DNA of 64,000 nt, from assembly GCA_964304625.1 (NCBI GenBank), contig OZ199839.1:4265292-4329291 (forward strand), written 5' to 3'. The position numbers and the translations under genes were made by a program. This DNA is from Kudoa neothunni (lineage: Eukaryota > Animalia > Cnidaria). Shown here one piece after another: positions 50,804-64,000 of this stretch (position 1 is the stretch's first letter; each line of letters begins with the position of its first letter). The notes beneath the pieces were generated by a model. The model did no database searches and was not told the origin of the DNA. It saw nothing but the letters and a program-made list of their open reading frames with translations.

Positions 50804-53800
50804 ATGTCCGATAGTTCTGGTCATCCAGGTAATCGTAGAGATTTTTACGTTTTAAATGTTCTAAAAATAAGTTATATGGTGATAGATGTATATATGCTAT
50901 ATCATATTAGCTAATCTATAACTTTTAAGTTGGCGATAATATTCAACATGATATAGTTGGTATATGATTGGAAGACGTTAATTTATTATTACTTTTATTC
51001 TTATTAGTCAGGTGTTTGAGAATTAGATGATTTTTTTGTTGATTTTTTTTTTAAATTTTAAATTCATAAAAATGGGCAACAATTTTAATTTAAATAATTT
51101 TTTGAAGGGAGAAACCCATTAGGATCACAACTCGATGATAGCAGATTCGACGTTCGCTCCATTGTATTTGAAATTTTTTAAAATACGAAAATCAATTCAT
51201 CTTAGGGTGGAAAAAATGTTGATGATTCACTTATCAAAGATATCAGCTTAGCTACAGCAGGTCGCAGACTTATTGAACATGCAAGAGCAGGTAATCTAAG
51301 ATTAATAAGCAAATCCATCTCCAGGCTCCGTTTAAGCCCTCTGTTTTGTGTGGTTTCTTTGTGCGATTACCTACTACGCAAAATTCACACGCAAGATATA
51401 TCTTCGTGTTATTCGCTACGGCCAATTATAATTGGTATTAATTTGACGTGTGTCGTCGTAATACCCCCGAATGTCACGTGTGTCCTTTATATTGACTTTT
51501 GGTGGAAATATTTTAAATTTTATGCATTCGGTTTTATTGTATTTTATTACAATAATATTTCGATTTAATTTTATGCTTGTTAATTTTTAATTGTAATTTC
51601 ATCCTTGTACTAATCGTTATTTGTGTGGTAAATTTTTATTTCAATGGATACAATTAACGATGATTTAAATGTGATAGCGCATAACGGGTCACTCCTCATT
51701 TTATGCAATATAACGACTATAATTCTTTATGCTTAATAATTTTTGAAAATTGATTAAATTATAAAATCTAATTTATTACACTTCTTTTTATTAAATTCAG
51801 TAAATACAGTGGAAATCCATTAAATTTTAATCTCTAATGAGTTTTTTTCGCTAATAGTTCAATTATCTATGTTTTAATGAAGGTCTAATCAGATGAATTA
51901 TTATTTTAAAATGATTATTAAAGTCCAATTGTAATTATCAATAATTAATAATGGATTAACTGCAGTATTTTATTGAATAATTAACATTTATTATCTTTTC
52001 GTTGAATATCTTAATCAACTTTGGAATAATTTTCATGGAAAATTCTATTTTTAATAATACTTTATTGTACAACTATTACCGTAGTGCTAGCGACACCTAG
52101 TTTATTGATGAACATATATAAAATTTTTTAACATTTTATTAACATTATCATGCATAGGAACGTTTAATGGTTTTCTACAAATCTATCAAAAGTTTAACAT
52201 TAATCTTTTCATGTTATAATTTTTTTCTGATCTGAAGATAATATGTTACGTCAACGTGGTTATTTAAAACGATTTATAAAATTAAAGTGATCAAAAATTT
52301 TCTGTCAGTCATTATCACCAATTGCAGGAAAAATGGAAATTAAGTAAAAATCATATTTGTGGGTAACTTAATTACGTAAATATTTCTGTCTTTGGAATGC
52401 ATTGTAAATTTATTTTGTAACAGATTTGTAAACAATAGCTAAATATAGTCAATATACTTACGTTGATCAAAAATTAGTGCTCGCGCGCCAATTTTAGTGT
52501 CAATTTCTCATTTTCAAAACTATTCTATATGCAAAAATATTTTTACTGAAGTTGTTAATAAGATATCAAATAGGTTTCTATTCCATATCTAAAAATATTT
52601 AAGGTTGAAGCTTTTAAATAGAATTAAAATCTATTTCCATTCCATCTATATACATAATAAAGTTCTTATGTCTGTCCGTGTGTGTGTGTCAGTTTGCAGT
52701 AGTACGCATGTGCCACGGAGAAATTTTCTTTAAATATAGCTGTAAGTTTGTATTTGAATAAATAAAATCATTCATGAAAATCGATCATTCACTTAAAAGT
52801 ATAGATATAGTCAATAACACAGTCCGAAGTAAGGAATTTTCTGGTTGTCTTCACAAATAGCAGATTAAAAACACCTGAATAATATTGATATTTGTTTACT
52901 TCTGATTGATAGCCAAATAAAATAAACTTTTACTCATTATATAGAAAAAGAGCCTCTTAATTATGGTATAGAATGTTCTAAAAATTTTGCATATGCCTGT
53001 TCGGAGTACTTTTGAGACAAATAAAACTATTAACGTCACATTACAAGAGTTGTCGCATTTCCATTAAAATTTGAAGTATAAACATAAACAAGTTATTTGG
53101 TATGTATTTTCTCTTTTCGAACGTTATGGATATAGTTAAGAAAAATAGATTATGATCATTTTAAATAAAACACATAATTTGAGTCTCTATATGTATCCTA
53201 ATTATTCCTTACCCCAGACCTTGAGGTTAATATTCAAATCAATGTATTGTTTTCTCTAGGCTCGCATTAATTCATTATGATATAAAAGCTGCAGAAAAAT
53301 ACAGTCCCTTCTCAATGGGTGCCATGTAAGTTAATAAGAAATTATTGGTCTATTCGATCTAACCGATATTTTCACAAAGTTTTCATTAATCTAAGAATAG
53401 TTCAATACAAAGAAAATTTTTTGGGGCAATCAAACAATACGTTAATTTGTAAAGGGTGCATCCCTCAAGAAAACCAGTTGATGTTTAAGCATTACTGCAA
53501 TTTTTCAAACCAAAAACACCTTTACATTTTTGATTTAATCGTATTTTGTTAATTAAATGTGTATATTTTTGAACCAGTAAGTATTCTTAATAAAAAGCAA
53601 GGTTGGATTTATTTATAAATAGGGAAATTTTGTTACAATAGTGAATACGTAAGTTACTGCTCACAGCTTTTCTAACCATCATTGGCATCATTATAAAATT
53701 GCGATAAAAGGAGTAACAATTACTATTTATATTTTGGAGGCATCTTAAGTTGATTTTATTTTTTTTATCGTTTGTAGACTAATAATAAATTTTATAATTA

Positions 53801-56800
53801 GGATTAATTTTCATCGCAAAATTTTGAAAATAACTGAAAGTCCTATTTAAGTCGCTTAATGATTTTGTTTCATAGATAGCTGAACTTTAATCGCTAATTA
53901 CATTTCTCTTAAAATTAAGGTCATCATAGTTTTGGTCAATAATTTGTAAAATACAGTTAAAATTACCCATTAATTTTTCTCCATACCTCTATTTATATTT
54001 GAATGGAAGGTGTGCGCATAATTTCGTTTATCTAAATCATCACATTGCAAAAATAATGACAAGCTTTATAATACATAAATTAAAATAGAAAAATAGAATT
54101 AAAAGTTAAAATTTCCCATCACACTGTACCACGCAAAACTGGGCATTAGCGCTATTTACTTAAAAATCAAAAAGGCTATAGTCTGCGCCAGGTGTTAGCC
54201 TACTTGGCTGGGAAAGGAAGCCTTCGCGAAGGGGGGCTTTTGCGCTAGTATCTAATATATTTAAAGCGGGAGCTTTTCAATAGAGGTACAATATTTTGAA
54301 TTTTAGTACTTATCTTTTTTAATGAAGGAAATATATTATATAATGACAAGAATCTTTTATGGAATATGTTACGATTAGGCCAAAAAATAAATCACATTGT
54401 TAAATATGGCGCTATTATAAATTTTTGAATTCATATTCTAGTGTTAATATTCACTAAAATTATTTTTAATTTTTTTTAAATAGTTACAAATTTCTACAAC
54501 ATTTTAAAATTATTTTGAATAAAAAATCCAAAATAGAGCGTCATGAAGATGTAATTTTTTTCTTTTTCATTTCAAAGTTAAATGAACATTAAGAATGAGA
54601 AGATAAAACATTTTGATACATATCCAATATCTGAAGAAATAAAAATAAGAGAGAATCTTGTATAATAACATAGACTTTCGTTGAGTTAAATAGTTTCAAA
54701 GTTTATGAATTTGACACTAGATATCATGTAAAATTTAAATTATAATTTCTAACTGTCGTTGGTCTTCTAATATTTTTGTTATTGAAACTCTTAATGGCTC
54801 CTGTACCACCTCACATTAAGCAGCGTCATTGTTTTTTCGGTCTAATATGCTGATTTCTGACTAACAGTTAACAATTCAACAAATAATTAAATCAATAATT
54901 TGATTTTATTTATCAATGTGTTTAATTATCATATAATGTAATCTCAACCTCAATGCTCTTAGAAGGTTACGGTATTTTAGAATAGCAATAAGACCCCTTG
55001 GAGGTGATACGTCACCTTGTAAACAATACTGGAAATATGTACATATAGCACGGAATCGCTTTGATTATACCTAAAAAGTTGTATGCGTTTGATCAATGAG
55101 CAAACTTAATGGTAATTTTTCGCTTTTAAGTCCAATGTACCCTTTAAACAACCTGAATATTCATTAAGTTTGTTTTTATGTATTGCCGAGCGAGGTTTTT
55201 AAATTTTTCAGTCGTTATTACTGCTAGTATTGTCTGAAAAAAACATGTGAATACGTTTATTTTAGTTAACTCAATGTCTAATTATTATTTTGGTCGAGGG
55301 TGATTTATTTTAGTGAATTTAATGTGTATTACATGTATTTTATCACAAGTTGATTAGTTAATTTTTACAATGAAAAATAAGTCGTGATAAAATTTTATCT
55401 ATTTTTTTTTAATATCTCAGTTGTATAGAAATATAAGAATTAATGAATGAGTGTAATGAACTTGTTAAAAAATATTTAAATGAATAAACAATGCGAATTC
55501 GTATAAGTTTAATATCTTTAGATTGAAAAGTTATTCTGTATGATAACAAATGGCTTATTATTATTATTTATATTCACATATAAATTTTGAATTTATTATA
55601 AATGAAAATATGAAATAGAGAGTTATTTATCAATATCGTTTTCAAAATCTAAGCGTTAAGTTGGTATAATTTATACATTTAATAAGATGGCTTTCCGTTT
55701 AGCTTATCTTTTTTAAAATTTTTACCTAGACCTTCCCACATTGGAGCTACTGGTAATTCATAACCAAAGTACTGAGCCGTTACACGGTGCAAATATTATT
55801 GTTTGTACGGAAATAAGTCCACACAACGCTGTATATTATCTCTTAGTAAAATGAAATTGTTGAATGATTCAAATCGAGGTACTTGTATTGACTTTGAAAT
55901 CTTTTGGCGCTAAAGTCAGGTGGTGTTGTACAGACGGCTCTCTAATCAACGTATTGCTTTCGCATTATTCTAATATTATATTGAATTGATAAATAAGGAT
56001 GATGTCGCTGCAGCAGTAGTTTGCGAGGGTTGTCACATTTCATTTATAAAGTTTTCTAAAATAATCATAGGCATACCTACCTTTGGAAGCAGCTGCCATG
56101 ATGAGTCAAAAAAGGCTGCCATCTTGAAAGCCTGTGTTCAAGGAGATAGTTCATTCACTCCAAACCTTGTAATTTACTTAAACTTTTAGATCAAACCAGA
56201 ATTATTGATTGATTACATTTTAATATTTTGAAAATAAAACCTCTCACTTCGATATTACGATAGATTATTGATACCATCGGCACAGTCAATGAATACTTAG
56301 ATAATGAATTTCCTTTTATATTGAAAAAAATTAAGGGCATCGTTGAAAATAATATTATTGAAACAGCCAGGTTTTTGCGGAAAATACGATTTGATGAATA
56401 TAATCATACATATAGATCATATATATTTGATGAACAAAAAATTACATTCCCTATTGTTGATGTCACGTCTACATTTGTCCAGGTTAGTTTATCTCTCAGT
56501 CACCACTTAGTTTTTAATAACGATCAAACAGAAGACTACAAGGGACTTTTTCAACAACAATAATTATGTATTGGAATGGTATAATTAGTGTCACATTTGT
56601 TGGTTTGGATAACCGAAAATTTTTAGTATAAGAGTGGGACGCGATATTCTTATTTCTGGAGCCACTGTCGTGATATTTGGCTACGGCAATGTAACTTGCA
56701 TATTTCTTTTAAATATGACGAAATTTTTCTCATTATTAGAGGGGAAGTCAAATTGCCAATATACTCAAATTACATGGAGCTTTAGTTTTTATTGTTGAAA

Positions 56801-57803
56801 TAGACCCGGTTTGTGCGCTGAAAGCATGGTAAAGTCACATATCCTAATCATAGACACGTTCTTTATGCGTTTCGTTAGTTTTAATGGATACAGTGTTGTA
56901 AAATTTTCCAATGTTGCATCTTCTGCCGATGTTATTATTACATGTACAGGTATATATCTATTTGGTTTTAGAAAATCTTTTTCTTGATTTTTTCGAAAGT
57001 TATTAGCTTTGAAATGTTGAAAGTTACACACCTAATTTTTTAATTCATGATTATTTATTTCAGCATAATAAAATTCAACCATTTGTCGTTTAGATAGTAT
57101 AAATGTGATCAACTCGGAAAAACTCTCGCAAGTAAAAGACAACTGTTTAGTGATCAATATGGGAAGATCTTTGGTCGAAATAGACACTGTATGTTATTAT
57201 AGTTGTCAGTTCGGTGCTATTATTATTTTGGAATAACAAAGGAAAGCATATACAAAGATCCAAAAATAATAATTCAGACTGGAGCGAACAAACTAGTAGA
57301 TTACATTCATTGGCCCAATGGGAAAAAGATTATTCTTCTGGCCAGAGTAATATTATTTTAGTTTGTAATATTTTCAGAAAATTGGATTATCAATACGTAG
57401 GGTAAACATGCGGGGCATGCATGCCATTCTATTCCTACACAGCTGACAGCAGCAGCTGTAACAAGCATTGTAAATATTTAACCATAATTTCTCTTTGATT
57501 TTTCATAGGCTATTGGTGCTATTGAACTATTTATGGCTCCTGTTTCAAGATATAAATCTGGAACATATGTTTTACCAAAAAAGATGGGTATTTTAGTTTC
57601 ATGCTAAACATAATACATGCATTTTTAAATAAATAGACGAATACGTTGCTTTGTTGTTCTTGTGTGTTAGACATGGTGCTGTTGAACAACTTACAGAGGA
57701 ACAAGCTCAATTTAATGGTGTCAATGTGCATGGTCCATTCAAAAATCCTTATTACAAGTAAGAGTTTGTTATGAAATCATTCTGATTCTTTTTTAGATAT
57801 TAA
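50804..57803 (+). CDS. AHCYL1: Adenosylhomocysteinase-like protein (AHCYL/IRBIT type), predicted pseudoenzyme, multi-exon
   Basis: Exons splice in frame: MSDSSGHPG|RNPLG...|GGKNVDDSLIKDISLATAGRRLIEHARA|DLPTL...PLHGANIIVCT...GAKVRWC...GYGN|RG...VEIDPVCALKA...DYIHWPNGKKIILLA...IELFMAPVSRYKSGTYVLPKKM|DEYVA...GPFKNPYYK|Y*. 4.4-kb intron 51291-55729. The start codon is tentative. Confidence 0.85.
52645..54248 (+). mobile_element. Non-autonomous Helitron inside the long AHCYL intron
   Basis: 5' A|TCTATATACATAATA followed by a (GT)n-like tract; 3' GC-rich hairpin (AAGCCTTCGCGAAGGGGGGCTT) then CTAG|T; weak decayed Rep/helicase-like remnants inside. Confidence 0.75.
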
Positions 57804-58354
57804 TAACTGATGAAATACCTCACAGATATAAAATTAACTTTAATTTCAGATCTATTTGATGTTTTAATTATTTTGGTATTGTTTTTCTGTGGCCATGTAC
57901 AAAAATATTCAAAAAATTTGGCCTCATTTATTCATTGTTGTTTAATTTAATATAAAAATTATAAATTAATCATTTAAAAAAATGATCTTTTTTAAATATG
58001 AATATATTGGCATATATAAATTGTTATTTTTCTCGACTACTTCACTGTTATATTTATTCTCACAAAAATGAATTTTAAGTCAGATTATAATTAGTCAGCA
58101 GTTTTCTGAAAATATTTCATACTTTATAAATATTAAATAAGCATTAGTAGTTCAATTTTAATTTTAGAATGTTTAGAAAATTTTAAGGCGAATAGAATTA
58201 AACAAGAGAGAAAATAGCCCCCACAAAAATCACAATGATTGGTATCTTTTATTCTCATTAGTTGGCCAAATCAAAACAAAAACAGAGATATTATTGAAAA
58301 ATATCAAAAATAATCCGATACAAAATCCTTCATTGTGAGAGGCGAAAATTACTA

Positions 58355-59071
58355 CCGTATATACTCGAATACAAGCCGCGTTTAAAAAACAGCTTAAAAA
58401 TTCGCATGCGACTTATACAAGTGGTACGAGTTTAAAAATAAGGATAGCTGGTAGTAAAGTACATAAATTTTTAGAAATAAGTTAATTTTCCAATTTAAAT
58501 GTAAGGTTTGCGAGCAATGGATTAAATGGATGTCGGAGGAATTGACGAAAAAGACAGATTCAGGAAATTTTAAAAGACCTGCGTTATCTATCGTAGCTGG
58601 CTGGATGAAAAATTCTTGTAAATCAACAAGTTCAGAAACTACTCAAAGGTCATTCAAAAATGGGACATATCAAATTCAATAGATGGGAACAATAATGATA
58701 TATTTTGGGAGGATGAAAAAATTGAAAATATTGATGAAGAGATCAGTAAGATCTACGACGATACCATAACTGCTGACCAAACAATGTCTATTTGAGGAGA
58801 GCGACTCTTTTTCCGGTTTAATAGACGAAAAGCATTAAAATTTGAAATTTATTTTTCGAGAAATACTAACATTATATGAACTTAAATAAATATTTTCTTG
58901 TTTAATTCTATTAATTTTGTTTTCTTCATTAGTTTAAGCTAAAACATCTAATCTGTTAAAAATGTATAAGCCAAAAACTTTTCTTTTCAAGGAGCTACCA
59001 TTACACGAACCAACCAATGGCATGAAAAATTATTCCAAAATCCCCCGCGACTTATACTCGAGTATATATGG
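58355..59071 (+). mobile_element. Internally deleted pogo/Tc2-like element
   Basis: TA|CCGTATATACTCGAATACAAGCCGCG ... CGCGACTTATACTCGAGTATATATGG; transposase C-terminal remnant (RSFK..ISNSIDGNNNDIFWE, frameshifted). Confidence 0.82.
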
Positions 59072-59947
59072 TTCTCTGCTGAAATTTAACATGTCATAAA
59101 TTACCCTACGTAGTATTTTTAAATATATGAGGACATTATAAGAATTTTGAGTGAAAATTTTTTGTTGCTGAAAATTAATTAATTCTAAGTTTCAGTTGCA
59201 TTATTTGAAAAAAATATAAATAAATTATCTGATTATTTTCATTTCAATAAACAAACATTTTCTTACTCAAATAATCAAAATCAAAAATTATTGTTGATCC
59301 ATCAATTATTAATGAATTAAATAAATATTAATTCTGAATGAATAAATGACATATATCTGACATATTTTAAAGTAAAATTAATTAAAAATGCCTTTTAAAA
59401 ATAAAATCTTGGTCAAGATTTTTCAACGCACCCCATCGTTAATATTCGGTGGTCTTCACCAAAAACCATAATTCGGCCCTAACATTTAAATAATCTGATT
59501 ACGGGGTTCACGGTTATTTTGGCGCTTTTATTATAGTATAAAATCCAGTAGTTTAATTTTAATCTATTAATAACAAATACTACTTGAATAAATAAATTCA
59601 AATATTTATGGCGTGAAACTTTTGTATCTTAACGCTGTTAAAGACTTACAATTAATAATAACTCCAGAAGATATTTAACTAATTATTTGGAGTTCATGAT
59701 ATTAATATATTTTCCTCTATATTATATTATTAATGTTAAAAAGAATAGGGTCCGTAAGAATATACATATTTATTTATTTACGACTATTCGTTGACATTTT
59801 GAAGTAGTTAATAGTATGAACGAAATAAATTTAATCTAAACAAGTTTGTTAGAATTCTTATCTCCAGTTGAAAATGTGACACGTGCTCGCACATGTGGAG
59901 CGCATTTTTGATCGCTCTAACCTACACGGGTGACAGATAATGAAAAA

Positions 59948-62900
59948 ATGAAATTTAAGTTTCCTTTCAAACCATATGATATTCAAAACAATTTTATGAA
60001 ATGTTTATATGACGCAATTCAAGAAAAGAAGGTTTGTTTGATTGAAAGTCCCACAGGAACAGTAATTTTTGGTATATTAATATATTTCCTGGTATAAATT
60101 TTTGGGGGTAGGGTAAAAGTATGAGTATTATATGCGCGGTTGGAAGATGGCTGAATGAGTACAAACGTTTACAGAGAGACGATACAGAAACTTATTTGAA
60201 GGAAATGAAGGTTGCCATTGAAACCTTATCAGCTGCTGTGGATGAAGACTCAAGTGTTAAACATTCAAAAAAACTTAGTACCATTAATATAATTTATTTT
60301 TCCGATGTAAATACCATTTTAGAACCAGATTGGTTGAAAAAACAAATAACCGTAATTAAACAACAAACCAATGCAGAAAAAATACAAGTATTCTTTGCAG
60401 TTAATAATGTTTAATTTTTTAATTATTAGTCCGCTAAAACATACCTAAGTACACTTGATTCTCTTAACACTGGGAGTATTTTGAATAAAAGTCATATTAG
60501 ACAGGTATCAAATTCGGACAGGTTTGATGGTTGTATATAATTAATTGATTTTAGCTTTTAACAAGTGAGATTGTGTAAATTGAAGAAAATTTGGTTTTCA
60601 TTATGGTAATCATTTTGATTTAGAGACCAACTCAAACAACATATTCCCAAAGTGAAAATTTAACAACTTTCCTGTAATAAATTGGTTAAAACTAAATATA
60701 GGTTTATTATTGCAGCAGAACTATTTCGCAGTTAGATCAATTTGCGGAAGAATTTAGAAGATCACCATTTGCTAATGATTTTCGTGTAACCTTATATGCG
60801 AGTCGTGAGAAATTGTGTATCAACGAATCGGTGATAGAATCAGCGTGCAAAGGTGCCACCACTATAACCCAAGGCTGCAACTCAGTTTCTACTAACTGCA
60901 AGGATTCTGGGAAATTATGTCCCTATTATTCACGCTATCTATCCAATTTGAACTCAATACCAAACAATTTGATTACCACGAGAGAGTGGAAAGAATGGGG
61001 TTTGAAAACGCGCATTTGCCCATATTTTGCTAATAAAATAAACATGAATATGGCCGAAATCATTCTTATCCCTTATTCGGTGTTGCTGTCTTCGAAAGTT
61101 CTCGAGCAGCTGAAGCTCAGCCTCAACAATAGTGTTGTTATTATCGATGAAGGTCATAATTTGTTGAATGCAGTTCAGAATGTAGCCGATATTTGTGTAA
61201 GCCAAAAACGATTTGAATTGATACTAACGTTTTGTGACCAACTGAGACGTTATCTAAATAAATTCTCCACCAAATATCCCAATGCACAATCCACAACGAC
61301 AGATATGTCGGTTGTTGAAAGTTTCACATTTATCTTGAAGGCGATCATAAGTAGGTTAGATTCAAGCCATCATCTTGAAGAGATATCTCCTATGGAGTTG
61401 GTTTCTAGTTGTCAGTTGGAAAATTATAATATATCTCAGGTAATTTTAATTTTACATGGCTCAATTTAAAGTTCAATAAATAGGTTTCTTCTTACTTTAA
61501 TACAAATATGAATCGTATTTTTGATTTGTTTGATAATCATTTTCAAAATGAAATCCAAACGTCCCAAAATAATAAAAGTTTGTTCATATAAACTTTTCTT
61601 AAATAAGCAAAAATCTCTTATTAAGATGTTAGTTACCCACTGACAAGATATCGCGCGAGTTTGTTTGAAATACTCAATTTTATGGATACACTTGCTGCTG
61701 CCAAACAAGATGATTTTATAATAATCGATTCAGAAAGTAGTGAGTCGCTGCTAAAGGTGTATTCATTTTGATTTTAGACGTAAAATTGAAAAATAGCCAT
61801 AAAATCAGTAGCAAGAACATAAAAATACTTCATCTAAATTTTGACAATTTTCTTAAACCGCTAATCGATCGATGTCGTTCTGTGGTTATTGTTGGAGGAA
61901 CTCTACATCCAGTAACGATTGCTGAACATTGCTTCAATTGGTTCATATTCATTCTATATCAATTTTTATAATTTAAGAACGACGATATTCTTAATCTGTT
62001 TGAAAAGTCTGGAATTAAGAGGTCGGAAATTGTTCAAGAATCCTATGGTTATTAAAATAAAAGACCGCCTCATGGATTTATCTCTATGTACGAATTTTTT
62101 AGGCCATATCGTAGAAGATAAACAGTTATTCCCTGCTATTTTGTCTAGAGGAGTTTTGAATAAGTCATTTAACTTCCGTTATGAAAATCGAATCTCAGAT
62201 ATTTCAATGGTACCTTCACCTATATTATGCATGTGTGTGTGTAAAAAACAATCGTTTGTTGACTTGATAACAGTTGAAAGACCTCGGACTTTCAATAATA
62301 GAGTTGGTCAAATGTATTCCTGATGGTGTGGTTTGTTTCTTTCCTTCTTATGGATTTCTGGAGAATGTTATTTCTCTTTGGAAAAATGAGAAGATTTACC
62401 ACGATCTTAATCAGATTAAACCAGTAAATGTATTTGTATCAAGCAAATTATAAAATTTAAGATTTTCTATGAAACTGCTGGTGGAGATGGAGATTTTGTA
62501 TATGAAAGTTACAAAACCAATGTATTACAACCTAATTTAATAATATCATTTTAAAATTTGTCAAGCATTTATTTGAATTTTATAAAAATATTAAATTTAT
62601 CACAGGTTCATTCTAATGGGGGAGGAATCTTCTTTGCAATAATGAATGGAAAGGTCAGTGAGGGAATAAATTTTACAAATGAATTAGCAAGGTTTTTATT
62701 TATTTCTTGCTATCAGATTAGTTTAATACTCGTATCTAATTTAGAAGCGTTATAATCGTTGGGATGCCATTTATGCCAATTAAAACACCATCTGTCTATC
62801 TTCGTTTGGACCATATTTGTAGAAACATTAATGTAGATTTGATTCGATTGGTGCTGGCATGATAAATATTTTAGGTACAAGCAGCCATGGATTTTTATGA

Positions 62901-63167
62901 AAAGTCATGTATGACGGTGGTGAATCAATGTGTTGGTCGGGCGATACGCCACAAAGATGATTTCGCGTCTATGATCTACCTCGATCTAAGGTACAATCGA
63001 CCTAATCATCGTCGCAATATTCCCAGATGGATCAATTCTAATATCAAACATTATGACAATATATCTGTGATGAAAGATAAATTGCACAAAGTATCGTCTA
63101 TTTAACTTATTGGCTACTTATCTATTTATAGTTTTACTTGGTAAATCATGGAAACAACCAGGCCTAA
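59948..63167 (+). CDS. DDX11: Fe-S DNA helicase DDX11/Chl1 (multi-exon)
   Basis: FPFKPYDIQ (Q motif), ESPTGT|GKS, KPDW, YYCSRT, ASREKLCIN and CPYY/CPYF Fe-S cysteines, IIDEGHNL, GGTLHP, PDGVVCFFPSY, GKVSEGINF, NQCVGRAIRHKDDFA, LDLRY. Confidence 0.93.
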
Positions 63168-64000
63168 TTACAAAATTTTACATAATATTCTTACTGGAAA
63201 TTAATGTTTTACAATTTTCTTGAAGATTGTTTTTAACCCCCTGAAAATTTTACGGTTTTATTTGTATTATGACCTTATTTTGATGTACCCTTTAGCTAAA
63301 ATATTTTTTATCATCAAGTCTTTCCAGTTAAAAATAATGACACATATTTTTGGAGAAATTTTTTAAAATATTGCGATTATAAAACTTTAAATGTGCTTTA
63401 TAGTACTTTGTGCTTTTAGGATCGTATGTGATCTCAAAAATTTTTATTTAATAAAATATATAATTTAATGGAATTCTTTAAATCCTCCGAGGACGGTTTT
63501 TTAAGAGTAATTTCTTAAAAACTGGAGGTTATAATCAATTCAATCTAATGCTTCTTAACAGCCACATAAAAATTTTCAAAGATTTTTGTATTTTGAACAA
63601 AATTTGGTAAACCCTCAAAACAGAAAATTAACACATATGAGCCAAGACTCGATCTAATATTAGTCCGACATGTGCACACTACCACGTTTTTACGTTTGCT
63701 GTCGATAAAAATGGTAATGACAAATTTTATAAAGAGATTTCTACAAATTGTTGAAGCCACCCGAATTAGCCGCTTAATCACGAGCTCCGGAAAGCACCGA
63801 TAACAATATATTGTAATATGTGGATTAATTTTAAGTACATTCTTGTGTCTATAAATAAATAATTTATTCTTCTTTTAAAAACAAAATATTCGGTTTAAAA
63901 CATGGATAAAACCGTAATATTTGACTATTATTTTAATTTAAACTATTTGAATTAAATCACATAAAACGAGGTAATAGGAATAAATGTAATAAATGTTACA

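Noticed and set aside
52645-54248. Fanzor/TnpB cargo in the Helitron or the IS630-like element
   Set aside because: No ORF or RuvC/zinc-finger motifs found; the DD34E element has no room beyond its transposase.
63545-63781. Minus-strand ORF, possibly a MULE transposase relic (CHYHF in another frame)
   Set aside because: Similarity too weak and no termini identifiable within the window.

Overview
AT-rich eukaryotic genomic DNA, almost certainly animal: it carries NRF1/ewg, EEA1, a cyclin B3-type gene and an AHCYL-type gene. Many GT-AG introns are very short (mostly about 35-70 nt), proteins are strongly diverged and the intergenic DNA is full of transposons. This resembles a compact, fast-evolving metazoan such as a parasite, but the taxon cannot be fixed from this window. 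Host genes, reconstructed by hand across introns so internal boundaries are approximate: SKI3/TTC37-like TPR gene (+), DNA polymerase epsilon catalytic subunit (-), tRNA-Asp(GTC), cyclin B3-like (+), LARP6-like La-module gene (-), a short EEA1 (-), NRF1 (-), a catalytically dead AHCYL/IRBIT-like gene (+) and DDX11/Chl1 (+). Mobile DNA: three piggyBac relics, an intron-containing DD34E Tc1/IS630-like element, several hAT and pogo/Tigger non-autonomous elements, a Helitron and three copies of a structured tRNA-derived SINE. The most interesting observations are: (1) an SAH-hydrolase homolog that has lost essentially every catalytic residue but kept its NAD-binding residues; (2) a piggyBac whose two flanks come from two different truncated elements, suggesting a rearrangement scar; (3) a SINE family with conserved RNA stems; (4) a multi-level transposon nest; (5) a candidate spliced upstream ORF overlapping the cyclin B3 start. 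No CRISPR array, Fanzor/TnpB or ribozyme could be supported, and no clearly novel multi-gene system was seen.
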